Of a stretch of DNA of 64,000 nucleotides, positions 54,437 through 64,000 are shown piece by piece. Made by a program: the position numbers and the translations under genes. Source of the stretch: Anderseniella sp. (GTDB lineage: Bacteria; Pseudomonadota; Alphaproteobacteria; Rhizobiales; Aestuariivirgaceae); contig JBDWCA010000004.1 in the NCBI GenBank assembly GCA_039978075.1, forward strand, positions 127,413 through 191,412. The letters run 5' to 3'. The notes beneath the pieces are model-generated. The model was not told the DNA's origin and made no database searches. It saw only the letters and a list, made by a program, of their open reading frames with translations. The first letter of the stretch is position 1, and each line of letters begins with the position of its first letter.

Positions 54437-55351
54437 TCAGACAGGTTGCCGGGCCTCATCAAGTAACCATTCATAAAATTGCCGTGCCTGGGGTGACAGT
54501 TGGCCCTCCCTGGGCCTGAGCAGCCAAAAACCCCGGTCGGACTGTTGCACGGCATCGATCGGGCGAACAAGGTCGCCCTGTTCAATGAAATCCTCAGCCA
54601 GCCGTCTGCCGCACAGGGCAATGCCTTCACCGCGCAGGGCCGACTGGATCAACACCATGTAATTGTCGAATGTAAAGCCACGGCCTGACCTTTCTCCCTC
54701 GACACCGAGGGATTCCAGAAAGCTGTCCCACGTGACCCAGTTCCGGTCGAACTTGTTGAGATGCAACAAGGAGTGGCGCAGCAGGTCTGTTTCAGACGTG
54801 ATCGGACTGGACTTCTCCATGTAGCGCGGGGAACATACCGGCCAGATCTCGTTGTCGAACAACCGAACGGCGTCTGCGGCGGGCCATTCACCGGCACCAT
54901 AGCGCACCGCGATATCAATACCTTCGCTGGCCAGATCGAACACCGGCGATGACGCGACCAGACGGATATCGATTTCAGGGTGTGAGCCGCGAAACTTGGC
55001 AATGCGCGCCATGAGCCAGTAGGACGCAAAGGCAACCGACGTGGCGACCGTCAGTTCTCCGGGCCCCGGCTGCCGGCGCAGGTCAGACGAGACATTGGCA
55101 ATGTGCTCAAGGCCCATGCCCACAGCCCGGTGCAGGCGTTCGCCCTCACGGGTCAGCGACAGGCCGCGCGATTGGCGTTGAAACACCGCGACGCCCAGAA
55201 AATCCTCAAGCAACTGAATCTGCCTGCTGACAGCAGACTGGGTGACATCCAGTTCCTTGGCAGCACGGGTAAAGTTCATGTGCCGGCCCGCGGCTTCGAA
55301 CACGACCAGTGCATTTGTCGGAGGCAGGTTTTTGCGAAGAGCGATAGCCAT
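54437..55351 (-). CDS. LysR family transcriptional regulator (GcvA-like)
   Basis: LPPTNALVVFEAAGRHMNFTRAAKELDVTQSAVSRQIQLLEDFLGVAVF. Confidence 0.9.
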   Translation of the reverse strand: MAIALRKNLPPTNALVVFEAAGRHMNFTRAAKELDVTQSAVSRQIQLLEDFLGVAVFQRQSRGLSLTREGERLHRAVGMGLEHIANVSSDLRRQPGPGELTVATSVAFASYWLMARIAKFRGSHPEIDIRLVASSPVFDLASEGIDIAVRYGAGEWPAADAVRLFDNEIWPVCSPRYMEKSSPITSETDLLRHSLLHLNKFDRNWVTWDSFLESLGVEGERSGRGFTFDNYMVLIQSALRGEGIALCGRRLAEDFIEQGDLVRPIDAVQQSDRGFWLLRPREGQLSPQARQFYEWLLDEARQPV

Positions 55352-55447
55352 GAGAATAAATTATTGCAGATCCTGTTTATGGGCTGTTTTAAGGCACATT
55401 AACAGCCCAAGCCATGATCTGCAATCATAGCGGTCTGGCAAGATGAA

Positions 55448-58369
55448 CTATTCGGCTGCAGCTTGCTTTCCGCGTGACAGGACCGGCGCCAGATACTGGC
55501 CCGTGTAAGACCGCTCTACACCAACAACGTCTTCCGGGGTGCCGACGGCCACGATTTCGCCGCCGCCATCGCCGCCTTCAGGGCCAAGGTCGATGATCCA
55601 GTCAGCGGTTTTGATCACTTCCAGATTGTGTTCGATTACCACCACGGTATTGCCGTGCTCGACCAGCTCATGCAACACTTCCAGCAGTTTCGCCACGTCG
55701 TGAAAATGCAAGCCCGTGGTTGGTTCGTCCAGCAGGTACAAGGTGCGCCCGGTTGCGCGTTTGGACAATTCCTTGGCGAGTTTGACGCGCTGGGCCTCAC
55801 CGCCGGACAAGGTCGTGGCCTGTTGGCCTACCTTGATGTATCCGAGGCCCACACGCTCCAGTGTCACCAGCTTGTCGCGTACGGCTGGAACGGCGCGGAA
55901 GAAATCAGCGCCCTCGGCGACGGTCATATCCAGTATGTCGGCGATCGACTTGTCCTTGAATGTGATGTCCAGGGTCTCGCGGTTATAACGTTTGCCCTGG
56001 CAGGCATCGCAGGTCACATAAACATCCGGCAGGAAGTGCATTTCAATCTTGATGACCCCGTCGCCCTGGCAGGTCTCGCAGCGTCCGCCCTTGACGTTGA
56101 ACGAAAATCGGCCGGGTCCGTAGCCTCTGGCCTTTGATTCCGGCAGCGCTGCAAACCATTCGCGGATGGGGGTGAACGCGCCGGTATAGGTGGCCGGGTT
56201 GGAGCGCGGGGTGCGGCCGATGGGCGACTGGTCGATGTCGATGATCTTGTCGAGCAGTTCCAGCCCTTCGATCTTGTCATGCTCCGCCGGTATCTGGCGG
56301 GCTTTCATCAGCTTGCGGGCGGCCGACTTGTAGACGGTATCAATCAGCAGCGTTGACTTGCCGCCACCTGAAACACCGGTTACGCAGGTGAACAGACCCA
56401 GCGGCAGTTCGGTCGAGACGTTCTTCAGGTTGTTGGCGCGTGCCCCGGATACCTTGATCAAGCGCTTCTTGTTGAGCTGTCGGCGTTTGGCCGGTGTGGG
56501 TACCTGCATAACCCCGGTCAGGTACTTGCCGGTGAGCGACGCCGGATTGGCCATCACTTCATCTGCACTGCCTTCAGCAACAATGGTGCCGCCATGAATG
56601 CCTGCGCCAGGACCAATATCGACCACATAGTCAGCCGAGCGGATGGCGTCTTCGTCGTGCTCGACCACAATCACCGTGTTACCGATGTCGCGCAGGTGCA
56701 CAAGTGTCTCCAGCAGGCGGGCATTGTCGCGCTGATGCAGGCCGATGGACGGTTCGTCCAGCACATACAACACACCGGTCAGACCGGAACCGATCTGGGA
56801 TGCCAGACGAATACGCTGGCTTTCACCGCCCGACAAAGTGCCGGACTTGCGCGACAAGGTGAGGTAATCCAGGCCGACATCCACGAGGAATTTCAACCGC
56901 TCGCGAATTTCCTTGAGGATACGGGCGGCAATTTCCATTTCCTTCGGTGTCAGGTTGTCCGAAAGTTCGTTGAACCAGTCGTTTGCCGCCCGGATCGACA
57001 TCAGCGATACCTGGGCCACGTGCAGGCCGTTGATGCGCACCGCCAACGCTTGGGGCTTCAGCCGGTAGCCCTCACAGGCCTGGCACGGATAATCCGACTG
57101 GAACTGCGCCAGCTCCTCGCGCACCCAGCTTGAATCGGTTTCGCGCCAGCGCCGCTCGATATTGCCGATGACCCCTTCGAAGGGCTTCTTCGTCTTGTAG
57201 GATCGCAGACCGTCATCATAGACGAAGGTGATTTCCTGATCACCGGAACCGAGAAGCACGGCATCCTTGATATCGTCACCGAGTTCTTCCCAGGGTGTCG
57301 ACATGGATGCCTTGTAGTGCTTGCACAGAGCCTGCAGTGTCTGAGTGTAATAAGGCGAGGTTGAACCGGTTTTCGCCCACGGCACGATGCAACCCTGGCG
57401 CATGGACAAGGTTTTGTCCGGCACCACCAGGTCGGCTTCAAAGCGAAGCTCGGTGCCTAGTCCGTCGCACTTGGGACAGGCCCCGAACGGGTTGTTGAAG
57501 GAAAACAGCCGGGGTTCCACCTCTTCGATGGTGAAACCGGACACAGGACAGGCGAATTTTTCGGAAAACGTGATGCGCTCATGGGTGTCATTCAGCGACT
57601 TGTTTGCACTCTTTGCGGAGGTCTCCGCGTCGGGCAGGGGCTTGTCGGCAAATTCCACAACCGCCAGCCCTTCGGTCAGTTTCAGGGCCGTCTCAAAACT
57701 GTCTGCCAACCGTGTTGCGATGTCGTCACGCACCACGAGCCGGTCCACAACCACGTCAATGTCATGCTTGTATTTCTTGTCCAGGGCAGGGACGTCCGCG
57801 ATCTCATGGAACTGACCGTCCACCTTGACGCGCTGGAACCCTTTTTTCATCAGTTCGGCGAATTCCTTGCGGTATTCACCCTTGCGGCCCCGAATGATGG
57901 GGGCGAGCAGGTAAAGCCTGGCACCATCTTCGATTTCCATCACCCGGTCGACCATCTGGGTCACTGTCTGGCTCTGGATCGGCAGGCCGGTGGCGGGCGA
58001 ATAGGCAATGCCGACGCGGGCAAACAGCAGCCGCATATAGTCGTAAATTTCAGTGACGGTGCCGACAGTGGAGCGCGGATTACGGCTCGTCGTCTTCTGC
58101 TCGATGGAGATGGCGGGTGACAGGCCATCGATCTGATCAACGTCAGGCTTCTGCATCATTTCCAGGAACTGCCGGGCATAAGCCGACAGGCTTTCCACAT
58201 AGCGGCGCTGGCCTTCGGCATAGATGGTATCAAATGCCAGCGATGACTTACCGGAACCGGATAGGCCGGTAAACACGATCAGCTTGTCGCGTGGCAGTTC
58301 AATGGAAACGTTCTTGAGGTTGTGCTCGCGCGCGCCCTGAACAGATATGATGCGTTTGGATTCGGCCAT
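55448..58369 (-). CDS. uvrA: excinuclease ABC subunit A
   Basis: 973 aa with two ABC modules ([18 protein letters not shown]) and zinc-finger Cys clusters. Confidence 0.97.
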   Translation of the reverse strand: MAESKRIISVQGAREHNLKNVSIELPRDKLIVFTGLSGSGKSSLAFDTIYAEGQRRYVESLSAYARQFLEMMQKPDVDQIDGLSPAISIEQKTTSRNPRSTVGTVTEIYDYMRLLFARVGIAYSPATGLPIQSQTVTQMVDRVMEIEDGARLYLLAPIIRGRKGEYRKEFAELMKKGFQRVKVDGQFHEIADVPALDKKYKHDIDVVVDRLVVRDDIATRLADSFETALKLTEGLAVVEFADKPLPDAETSAKSANKSLNDTHERITFSEKFACPVSGFTIEEVEPRLFSFNNPFGACPKCDGLGTELRFEADLVVPDKTLSMRQGCIVPWAKTGSTSPYYTQTLQALCKHYKASMSTPWEELGDDIKDAVLLGSGDQEITFVYDDGLRSYKTKKPFEGVIGNIERRWRETDSSWVREELAQFQSDYPCQACEGYRLKPQALAVRINGLHVAQVSLMSIRAANDWFNELSDNLTPKEMEIAARILKEIRERLKFLVDVGLDYLTLSRKSGTLSGGESQRIRLASQIGSGLTGVLYVLDEPSIGLHQRDNARLLETLVHLRDIGNTVIVVEHDEDAIRSADYVVDIGPGAGIHGGTIVAEGSADEVMANPASLTGKYLTGVMQVPTPAKRRQLNKKRLIKVSGARANNLKNVSTELPLGLFTCVTGVSGGGKSTLLIDTVYKSAARKLMKARQIPAEHDKIEGLELLDKIIDIDQSPIGRTPRSNPATYTGAFTPIREWFAALPESKARGYGPGRFSFNVKGGRCETCQGDGVIKIEMHFLPDVYVTCDACQGKRYNRETLDITFKDKSIADILDMTVAEGADFFRAVPAVRDKLVTLERVGLGYIKVGQQATTLSGGEAQRVKLAKELSKRATGRTLYLLDEPTTGLHFHDVAKLLEVLHELVEHGNTVVVIEHNLEVIKTADWIIDLGPEGGDGGGEIVAVGTPEDVVGVERSYTGQYLAPVLSRGKQAAAE

Positions 58370-58381
58370 GATGGAGAACTA

Positions 58382-58396
58382 GATCAAAAAGAGAAC
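58382..58396. promoter_or_regulatory. possible alphaproteobacterial LexA (SOS) box, one mismatch
   Basis: GATCAAAAAGAGAAC compared with the GAAC-N7-GAAC direct-repeat consensus. It lies 13 nt upstream of the uvrA start, and a further GAAC sits 2 nt upstream. Confidence 0.3.
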
Positions 58397-58481
58397 ACGC
58401 GCAACGGGGCGCCGGGAAAGCTACTGACAGTTTACGACAGTTTGGCGCTGCCGGTTCGACGTTATCCACGCCTATTTCGGG

Positions 58482-59378
58482 TCAAATGGAAAAGTGAACC
58501 TGATGCTGGCTGAAATGACCGGTAATCAAGTCGAATGCCATCAGGTCTTCACCGACGATGACCGGACCTGAATAGTGACGGCGAACGGTTGCGATCAGTT
58601 CTCTCTCATCGGCATCGGGCGGTACGATATGGCTTAAAACCAGGCATTTGACGTTTGCATCGCGGGCAATTCGGCCGACCTCATCGGCCGTGGTGTGGTA
58701 ACTCGCAACCGCTGACATCGTTTCAGCGGTTCGGCTTCCCGTGATCATTGCGGCATCATCATGGGAATGGGCGAATACCTCATGGACCAGGACATCGGCG
58801 TCATTTGCCGCTGCGACAAGAGCATCACAGGGTCTGGTATCACCAGACAGCACGAGTTTCCTGTCCGCAGCCTCGAAGACGTATCCGAAGGCCGGTTCAA
58901 CAGGCGGGTGCTCAACGCGTACCGCGGAAACTCTTGCATTGTCTTCGGACATGATCTCGCAGCTGTCTGCGATTTCGATTACTTCGATTTCGAAGGCTGC
59001 GGTTGAACTGCGTTTTTCGAATTCAATGCGCAGGGTTCGCTCCGCTTTCCAGGCCAGCATTTGTGCATCGACAAACGCCTGCGTGCCCGATGGGCCATAT
59101 ATTGTCTGTGGCCGGGTCCGGTTCTGGTGCCAGGCGGATATGATGAACTGGTAGAGATCAACCAGATGATCCGAATGCAGGTGGGTGAGCAGCAGGGCGT
59201 CTATCCGGGCACCATTGCTGCCGGCCTGAACAAGGCGCTGCGTGACGCCTGACCCGACATCCACCAGGAAACATTTGCCGGCGAGTTCAATCAGGGTGCC
59301 TGCGCCATACCGCCTTTGACTGACAACCGGACAGCCGGTGCCAAGCAGGGTTGCTTTGAATGGAAATTTGCCGGTCAT
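58482..59378 (-). CDS. MBL-fold metallo-hydrolase (RNase Z/ElaC-like)
   Basis: LLTHLHSDHLVDL (HxHxDH motif) and a later DVLVHEV motif. Confidence 0.85.
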   Translation of the reverse strand: MTGKFPFKATLLGTGCPVVSQRRYGAGTLIELAGKCFLVDVGSGVTQRLVQAGSNGARIDALLLTHLHSDHLVDLYQFIISAWHQNRTRPQTIYGPSGTQAFVDAQMLAWKAERTLRIEFEKRSSTAAFEIEVIEIADSCEIMSEDNARVSAVRVEHPPVEPAFGYVFEAADRKLVLSGDTRPCDALVAAANDADVLVHEVFAHSHDDAAMITGSRTAETMSAVASYHTTADEVGRIARDANVKCLVLSHIVPPDADERELIATVRRHYSGPVIVGEDLMAFDLITGHFSQHQVHFSI

Positions 59379-59504
59379 GGCGTTGGGCCCGCTAGGTTTA
59401 CAACAGTTGCGGCGTTTGTAATCAGGTTTGGGACTTGCTGCAACGCGTGCTGCGCGCTACGAAGTCACATCAACATTCATATCGTTTCTTCGGGACTTTG
59501 ATCG

Positions 59505-60989
59505 ATGACTTTATTCGCACGTGTCGGTGACAAATCTGACTGGATTGAAGGGGGCACCGGGCCCTGGGAAATCATTATCGGACTGGAAGTCCATGCCCAG
59601 GTGAGTTCCAAGTCAAAGCTGTTTTCAGGCGCGTCTGCCGAATATGGCGGAGAGCCCAATGATCATGTGTCACTGGTCGATGCGGCCATGCCGGGCATGT
59701 TGCCGGTCATCAACAAGTATTGCGTCGAGCAGGCGGTGCGCACCGGACTTGGCCTCAAGGCCGAGATCAACGAGTATTCCGTGTTTGACCGGAAGAACTA
59801 TTTCTACCCTGACCTGCCGCAGGGCTATCAGATTTCCCAGTTCAAGCAGCCGATTGTCGGCGAAGGCCGTGTGGTGCTTGATATGGATGAAAATAACCAG
59901 GTTGAAGTCGGAATCGAGCGATTGCATCTGGAACAGGACGCAGGCAAGTCCATCCACGATCAGCATCCGACCATGTCGCTGGTGGATCTGAACAGGTCTG
60001 GCGTTGCGCTGATGGAGATCGTGTCAAAACCCGACATGCGCTCAGCCGATGAAGCCAAGGCCTATGTGTCGAAGGTGCGCACCATCATGCGTTATCTGGG
60101 CACGTGCGACGGCAATATGGAAGAAGGCTCGCTGCGGGCTGACGTGAACGTGTCGGTGCGCAAACCGGGGGGTGAGGCCGGCACGCGCTGTGAAATCAAG
60201 AACGTCAATTCCCTGCGTTTCATGGGCCAGGCGATCGAGTATGAAGCTCGCCGCCAGATAGATATTCTGGAGGATGGTGGCAGTATTGACCAGCAGACCC
60301 GATTGTTTGATCCGCGCAAGGGAGAAACCCGGTCCATGCGGTCCAAGGAAGAAGCCCACGATTACCGGTACTTCCCTGACCCGGATCTGTTGCCGCTGGA
60401 AGTGGATCCGAGTTGGATCGCAGACATCAAGGCATCGCTGCCGGAACTGCCGGATGAAAAAAAAGCACGTTTGATCAAAGATTTTGGCCTGACGGCCTAT
60501 GATGCAGAAGTGCTGATCATGGAACCGGCGTCGGCCAGCTATTTTGAGCAAGTGGCAGGCGGCAGGGACGGTAAGCTTGCCGCCAACTGGGTGATCAACG
60601 AACTGTTCGGCCGCCTGAACAAGGAAGGCAGGGAGATCGAAGACAGCCCGATTTCTGCCGACCAGCTTGGCGCGATTGTGGACATGATCAGCGACAAGAC
60701 CATCTCCGGCAAGATCGCCAAGGACGTGTTTGAGATTGCCTGGACCGAAACCGGCGTTGATCCGAAACAGGTCGTGGAAGAGCGTGGCCTGAAGCAGGTG
60801 ACCGACACCGGCGCCATCGAAGCAGCCGTGGATGAAGTGATTGCAGCCAACCCGGACAAGGTGGCAGCCGTTGCTGAAAAACCTGCGATGGTCGGTTGGT
60901 TTGTCGGCCAGGTCATGAAGGCCACCGGTGGCAAGGCCAACCCTCAGGCCGTCAACGATCTGCTCAAATCGAAGCTGGGTGTGGAGTAG
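59505..60989 (+). CDS. gatB: Asp-tRNA(Asn)/Glu-tRNA(Gln) amidotransferase subunit B
   Basis: [25 protein letters not shown] and a C-terminal YqeY-like domain. Confidence 0.96.
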   Translation: MTLFARVGDKSDWIEGGTGPWEIIIGLEVHAQVSSKSKLFSGASAEYGGEPNDHVSLVDAAMPGMLPVINKYCVEQAVRTGLGLKAEINEYSVFDRKNYFYPDLPQGYQISQFKQPIVGEGRVVLDMDENNQVEVGIERLHLEQDAGKSIHDQHPTMSLVDLNRSGVALMEIVSKPDMRSADEAKAYVSKVRTIMRYLGTCDGNMEEGSLRADVNVSVRKPGGEAGTRCEIKNVNSLRFMGQAIEYEARRQIDILEDGGSIDQQTRLFDPRKGETRSMRSKEEAHDYRYFPDPDLLPLEVDPSWIADIKASLPELPDEKKARLIKDFGLTAYDAEVLIMEPASASYFEQVAGGRDGKLAANWVINELFGRLNKEGREIEDSPISADQLGAIVDMISDKTISGKIAKDVFEIAWTETGVDPKQVVEERGLKQVTDTGAIEAAVDEVIAANPDKVAAVAEKPAMVGWFVGQVMKATGGKANPQAVNDLLKSKLGVE

Positions 60990-60992
60990 GCC

Positions 60993-61487
60993 TTGTTGAA
61001 GGTTCGGCGGGCATCTGCAGACGATCTGGATGCAGTCAGGCAATTGCTGCATGACACATGGCACGCGACCTATGATGCGACCATGGGGGTAGAGGTTGTC
61101 AATGACATCACGTCGCGCTGGCACTCTGAGGAAAACCTGAGCCGGCAGCTTGGCGATCCCGACGGGTGTTTTCTGGTTGCTGAAAATCCCGATGGAGCGA
61201 TTGTCGGGCACGCCGGAGCGGTACGCAGAGCGGCAGATGTGGTCAGTCTCGCCAGACTGTACGTGTTGCCAGAACGGCAGGGTGGTGGTGCGGGCACAGC
61301 GCTTCTTCAAGCCGTGACAGACTGGGCCGGGCAAGGCACGACGATTGAACTGGAAGTTGAAACCAGCAACACGCCGGCAATCGATTTTTACCACAAGCAC
61401 GATTTCTCCGATGATGGCCAGCAGGTTCAGTGTGGTGGTGACCCGGCTGCCGGCCAGGCCATTGTCATGAAGCGGCGTGTTTCATGA
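60993..61487 (+). CDS. GNAT family N-acetyltransferase
   Basis: 164 aa with a TTG start 3 nt after the gatB stop. Acetyl-CoA motif: RQGGGAGTALLQAV. Confidence 0.8.
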   Translation: MLKVRRASADDLDAVRQLLHDTWHATYDATMGVEVVNDITSRWHSEENLSRQLGDPDGCFLVAENPDGAIVGHAGAVRRAADVVSLARLYVLPERQGGGAGTALLQAVTDWAGQGTTIELEVETSNTPAIDFYHKHDFSDDGQQVQCGGDPAAGQAIVMKRRVS

Positions 61488-62425
61488 ACAAGGGTGCCCT
61501 TGGCAAAGCCGTTTGTCTGGGCGGCATCGTAGTAGCTGGGGCCGGCCTCTCAGCAGGTTTCCTGAGCCGGTACTGGATTGAACTTGATGTGTTCAGCCAT
61601 CTGACCCTGCATTTTATTATTGCCATATTGGCGTTGGCCATTGCCTATTTCACCCCAAGATCCCTGCGGCTTGCCGTTGCGCTTGTGGTGATGGCAACAG
61701 GCATGATCACCTTAGGCAGTTGGGGCAAGTTGAGTGCGGACCAGTTGCTGGTCGAAGCGGGTACGCCGGTTGGCGGGCGAGCGCTGAAGATCATGCATTT
61801 CAATATCTGGGGCCGGAATCAGTCGCTCGACGATGTGGCTTCTGAAGTTGCGCGAATTGACCCGGACGTTCTGTTTCTCACGGAGGTGCGCAAACGCGGG
61901 CAGGAATTGACGGCGATACTCGACAAGCGTTTTGCCTATCGGTTGCCGAAAAAGGACCGGTTGGCGAGAAGTTTGACGATGTATTCGAAGTACCCGTTTT
62001 CCGCATCACAAAGATTGCGCAGTGGTGATGGTCTAAGCATTGTTCGCGGTACCCTGGGGGCTGACTGGCGGTATCTGAACATCGTCGGAACCCATCTAAC
62101 CCGTCCGCCTGAGATGCGGGATCAGGAGCAGGAAATACTCACGGCGGTCAAACTGGTAAAAGCCTTGAGCGGCGCCTCTGTTGTGGTCGGAGACTTCAAT
62201 GCCACCCCACACTCGGCGATGTTGGAATTGTTTCAGTCACAGACCGGTTTGAAACGGGTGACGTTTCTTCCCACGTGGCCCGCACTCGGCCTCAATCTGC
62301 CGCAGTTTGCCATCGACCATATATTCATAAGTGACGGGCTTTCTCTGGCCGCGCCTGCCATTGTGGGGCGCTATGCGGGCTCCGATCATCTGCCGGTTGC
62401 GGCCAGTATTCTGGTTCCACAGTGA
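61484..62425 (+). CDS. endonuclease/exonuclease/phosphatase (EEP) family membrane-anchored protein
   Basis: N-terminal TM segments followed by EEP motifs (MHFNIWG, VVGDFN, SDHLPV). Confidence 0.8.
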   Translation: MNKGALGKAVCLGGIVVAGAGLSAGFLSRYWIELDVFSHLTLHFIIAILALAIAYFTPRSLRLAVALVVMATGMITLGSWGKLSADQLLVEAGTPVGGRALKIMHFNIWGRNQSLDDVASEVARIDPDVLFLTEVRKRGQELTAILDKRFAYRLPKKDRLARSLTMYSKYPFSASQRLRSGDGLSIVRGTLGADWRYLNIVGTHLTRPPEMRDQEQEILTAVKLVKALSGASVVVGDFNATPHSAMLELFQSQTGLKRVTFLPTWPALGLNLPQFAIDHIFISDGLSLAAPAIVGRYAGSDHLPVAASILVPQ

Positions 62426-62455
62426 GACAGAACGACTGTGCACAGGAGACGTGAA

Positions 62456-63163
62456 GTGACACATCCGACAATAGAACTCTATTACTGGCCAACGCCGAAC
62501 GGATGGAAAATCTCCATCATGCTGGAAGAGTGCGAACTGCCTTACCTGGTGCGCTATGTTGATATTCTTAAGGGCGACCAGTTCAAGGCGGAGTTTCTTC
62601 AGATTGCACCCAATAACCGCATGCCGGCAATCATGGATTCAGACGGGCCGGGAGGTGAACCGATCTCTGTATTCGAGTCGGGCGCCATTTTGCAGTATCT
62701 CGGTAACAAGACCGGGAAATTCTATTCTCAGGACCCGCGTCAGCGGTCTGCCGTTGAGCAATGGCTCTATTGGCAAATGGGTAACCTGGGCCCAATGTGC
62801 GGGCAGGCACATCATTTTCGATTTTATGCGCGTGATGACATATCCTACGCCACTGAGCGTTACACAAATGAAGTCACTCGGCTTTACGGTGTAATGAATA
62901 CCCAACTGGCCAGGACAGAGTATCTGGCCGGTGATTATTCCATTGCCGACATGGCCTGCATCGGCTGGATCAAGCCGCACAAACGTCAGGGCCAGAACCT
63001 TGACGATTTCCCCAACCTGAAACGCTGGTTTGAAGCCATCATGGCGCGGCCGGCGGTTATTGCCGGAATGGCATTGGGCGCTGAGTTTCGCGGCAGGCCG
63101 GAAGACCTCAAAACCAATGACGAAGCCCATTCAATCCTGTTCGGTGGTTCCAAACAGGGCTAA
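62456..63163 (+). CDS. Nu-class glutathione S-transferase (YfcG/YghU-like)
   Basis: It aligns by eye with E. coli YfcG (PTPNGWKISIMLEE, ISPNNRMPAI, GEPISVFESGAILQYL, GPMCGQAHHF). The GTG at 62456 has an AGGAGA 7 nt upstream. The track ORF starts at 62438. Confidence 0.85.
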   Translation: MTHPTIELYYWPTPNGWKISIMLEECELPYLVRYVDILKGDQFKAEFLQIAPNNRMPAIMDSDGPGGEPISVFESGAILQYLGNKTGKFYSQDPRQRSAVEQWLYWQMGNLGPMCGQAHHFRFYARDDISYATERYTNEVTRLYGVMNTQLARTEYLAGDYSIADMACIGWIKPHKRQGQNLDDFPNLKRWFEAIMARPAVIAGMALGAEFRGRPEDLKTNDEAHSILFGGSKQG

Positions 63164-63402
63164 CGGTATTTCATCGAAACCAGCAGCATGGTTTACAGAG
63201 GGTTAACGGAACAGGAAACAGCAAGTTGGCCTAAACACCGGTTTTCCGGCGTTTATGAGAGCCGCTGCGCGCCGTGATGCGTTCACGAGTATTGGATTGT
63301 GGCGGCGGTTTCATGTTTTGATAACCATGCCTTTTAACGCTGTTTGGCGTCGCTTGATGGCATGGTGAGGGACAGTAAAGCGTAACTGGAGAGCTCTCGA
63401 CC

Positions 63403-63690
63403 ATGTCCAAGATTATCGATCTTGCAGAATATCGTGACGTCACACCCAAGGAAGATGAAATCAGACTGCCGGAGGACGGATTTGTGTCCCTCGGACTGTC
63501 TTTGAGCAGCGACATTGCCAGTGCGGATGACCTGGTGGAGGCGCACAAATGGTTTTCACTTGCCGCCATGCGGGGCAGCCGGCAGGCGAGGGTGCATCGG
63601 CTGGAAGTATCTCGCAGGATGGACGGTGACCAGATTTGCCGAGCGCAGTCAGAGTTGTACGCCTTCGCGAGCGAGCGGTTGAGCGCCTGA
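63403..63690 (+). CDS. hypothetical small protein with one Sel1/TPR-like repeat
   Basis: 95 aa with a GGAGAG RBS. AHKWFSLAAMRGSRQA resembles the Sel1 repeat core. Confidence 0.5.
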   Translation: MSKIIDLAEYRDVTPKEDEIRLPEDGFVSLGLSLSSDIASADDLVEAHKWFSLAAMRGSRQARVHRLEVSRRMDGDQICRAQSELYAFASERLSA

Positions 63691-63707
63691 GCGCTGGACG
63701 TCGAATC

Positions 63708-63741
63708 AAAAAAGGCGGTCCTCATAGTGGGCCGCCTTTTG
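63708..63741. terminator. bidirectional rho-independent terminator
   Basis: AAAAAA-GGCGGTCC-TCATAGT-GGGCCGCC-TTTT, lying between convergent genes. Confidence 0.7.
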
Positions 63742-63784
63742 CTATATTGCGTAGTCCAGGGTCCTGAGCCCGGAACTGATTGCG

Positions 63785-64000
63785 TCAGTAATCGGGAGTG
63801 AACTTCGGTTGGCCATCCAGGTAGGTGCCATGGGTGGAATTTACCCAGCTGTCCCAATAGGCCTGATCGCGGCGGGCCTTGTAGATTTCTGTTTCAAACA
63901 CATCTGCACGATTGTTTGTCTGATCCGCATAGGAATTCAGCGTTGGCAGGCCCTTGTTGGAACTGTCATAGCTATGGCCCTTCGGGACGAAACGCTTGCC
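63785..64000 (-). CDS. C-terminal fragment of an unidentified protein (5' end outside the window)
   Basis: Not in the ORF track. Hand translation gives GKRFVPKGHSYDSSNKGLPTLNSYADQTNNRADVFETEIYKARRDQAYWDSWVNSTHGTYLDGQPKFTPDY followed by a stop. The frame is open to the window edge. Confidence 0.55.
   Translation of the reverse strand, partial: GKRFVPKGHSYDSSNKGLPTLNSYADQTNNRADVFETEIYKARRDQAYWDSWVNSTHGTYLDGQPKFTPDY

Noticed and set aside
60042-61400. 452-aa ORF antisense to gatB and the GNAT gene. Similar long antisense ORFs occur at 36083..37216, 29111..30334, 17839..18726, 7699..8385, 19652..20296 and 10574..11104.
   Set aside because: Each lies opposite a gene with unmistakable family motifs. 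Their translations are Arg/His/Gly/Gln-rich with no motifs, which is the usual stop-codon-poor antisense frame of GC-rich DNA.
63231-63857. 208-aa minus-strand ORF spanning the Sel1-like gene and the terminator
   Set aside because: It crosses a strong bidirectional terminator hairpin and overlaps two better-supported frames. Its composition is Ser/Arg/Thr-rich with no motifs.

Overview
The window looks like a chromosomal segment from a moderately GC-rich alphaproteobacterium. I judged this by eye from gene content and order; nothing was computed. Coding density is high and there are no rRNA genes, tRNA genes, CRISPR arrays, integrases or transposases.

The backbone is conserved housekeeping synteny:
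- nagZ-scpA-scpB, then tatABC, then serS-surE-pcm and an NlpD-like LysM/M23 gene
- a DUF815 ATPase gene divergent from yajC-secD-secF-Mth938-SQS/PSY
- trmFO, uvrA and gatB

Several accessory blocks are interleaved with the backbone:
1. 4.3-10.0 kb: a LacI-controlled five-gene cluster that reads as a dihydroxypropanesulfonate/sulfolactate to sulfoacetaldehyde pathway (HisD-family HpsN-like, SDR, ComD/ComE, FMN-dependent SlcD-like).
2. 11.7-13.8 kb: a ferredoxin-DUF2177-CIA30 operon with a divergent XRE-cupin regulator.
3. 20.4-41.4 kb: about 21 kb separates tatC from serS. It holds a CueR-box-driven P1B copper ATPase, a cytochrome c, an OxyR-like LysR regulator lacking the sensing Cys199, a tightly coupled ten-gene peptide-ABC-importer plus five-hydrolase operon (three M20 peptidases, an amidase, a leaderless GGT), a MITE-like inverted-repeat element, a DMT transporter, and a repeat-rich OmpA-domain protein.

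Two partial CDSs at the window edges and one 52-aa ORF are absent from the supplied ORF track; I read them directly from the sequence. Most long ORFs antisense to recognisable genes were rejected as GC-driven artefacts.

I found no clearly new multi-gene system such as a defence island. The best candidates for undescribed biology are the multi-hydrolase peptide operon, the ferredoxin-DUF2177-CIA30 module and the Cys199-less OxyR paralogue.

All family assignments rest on motif recognition and remembered homology, not on searches.
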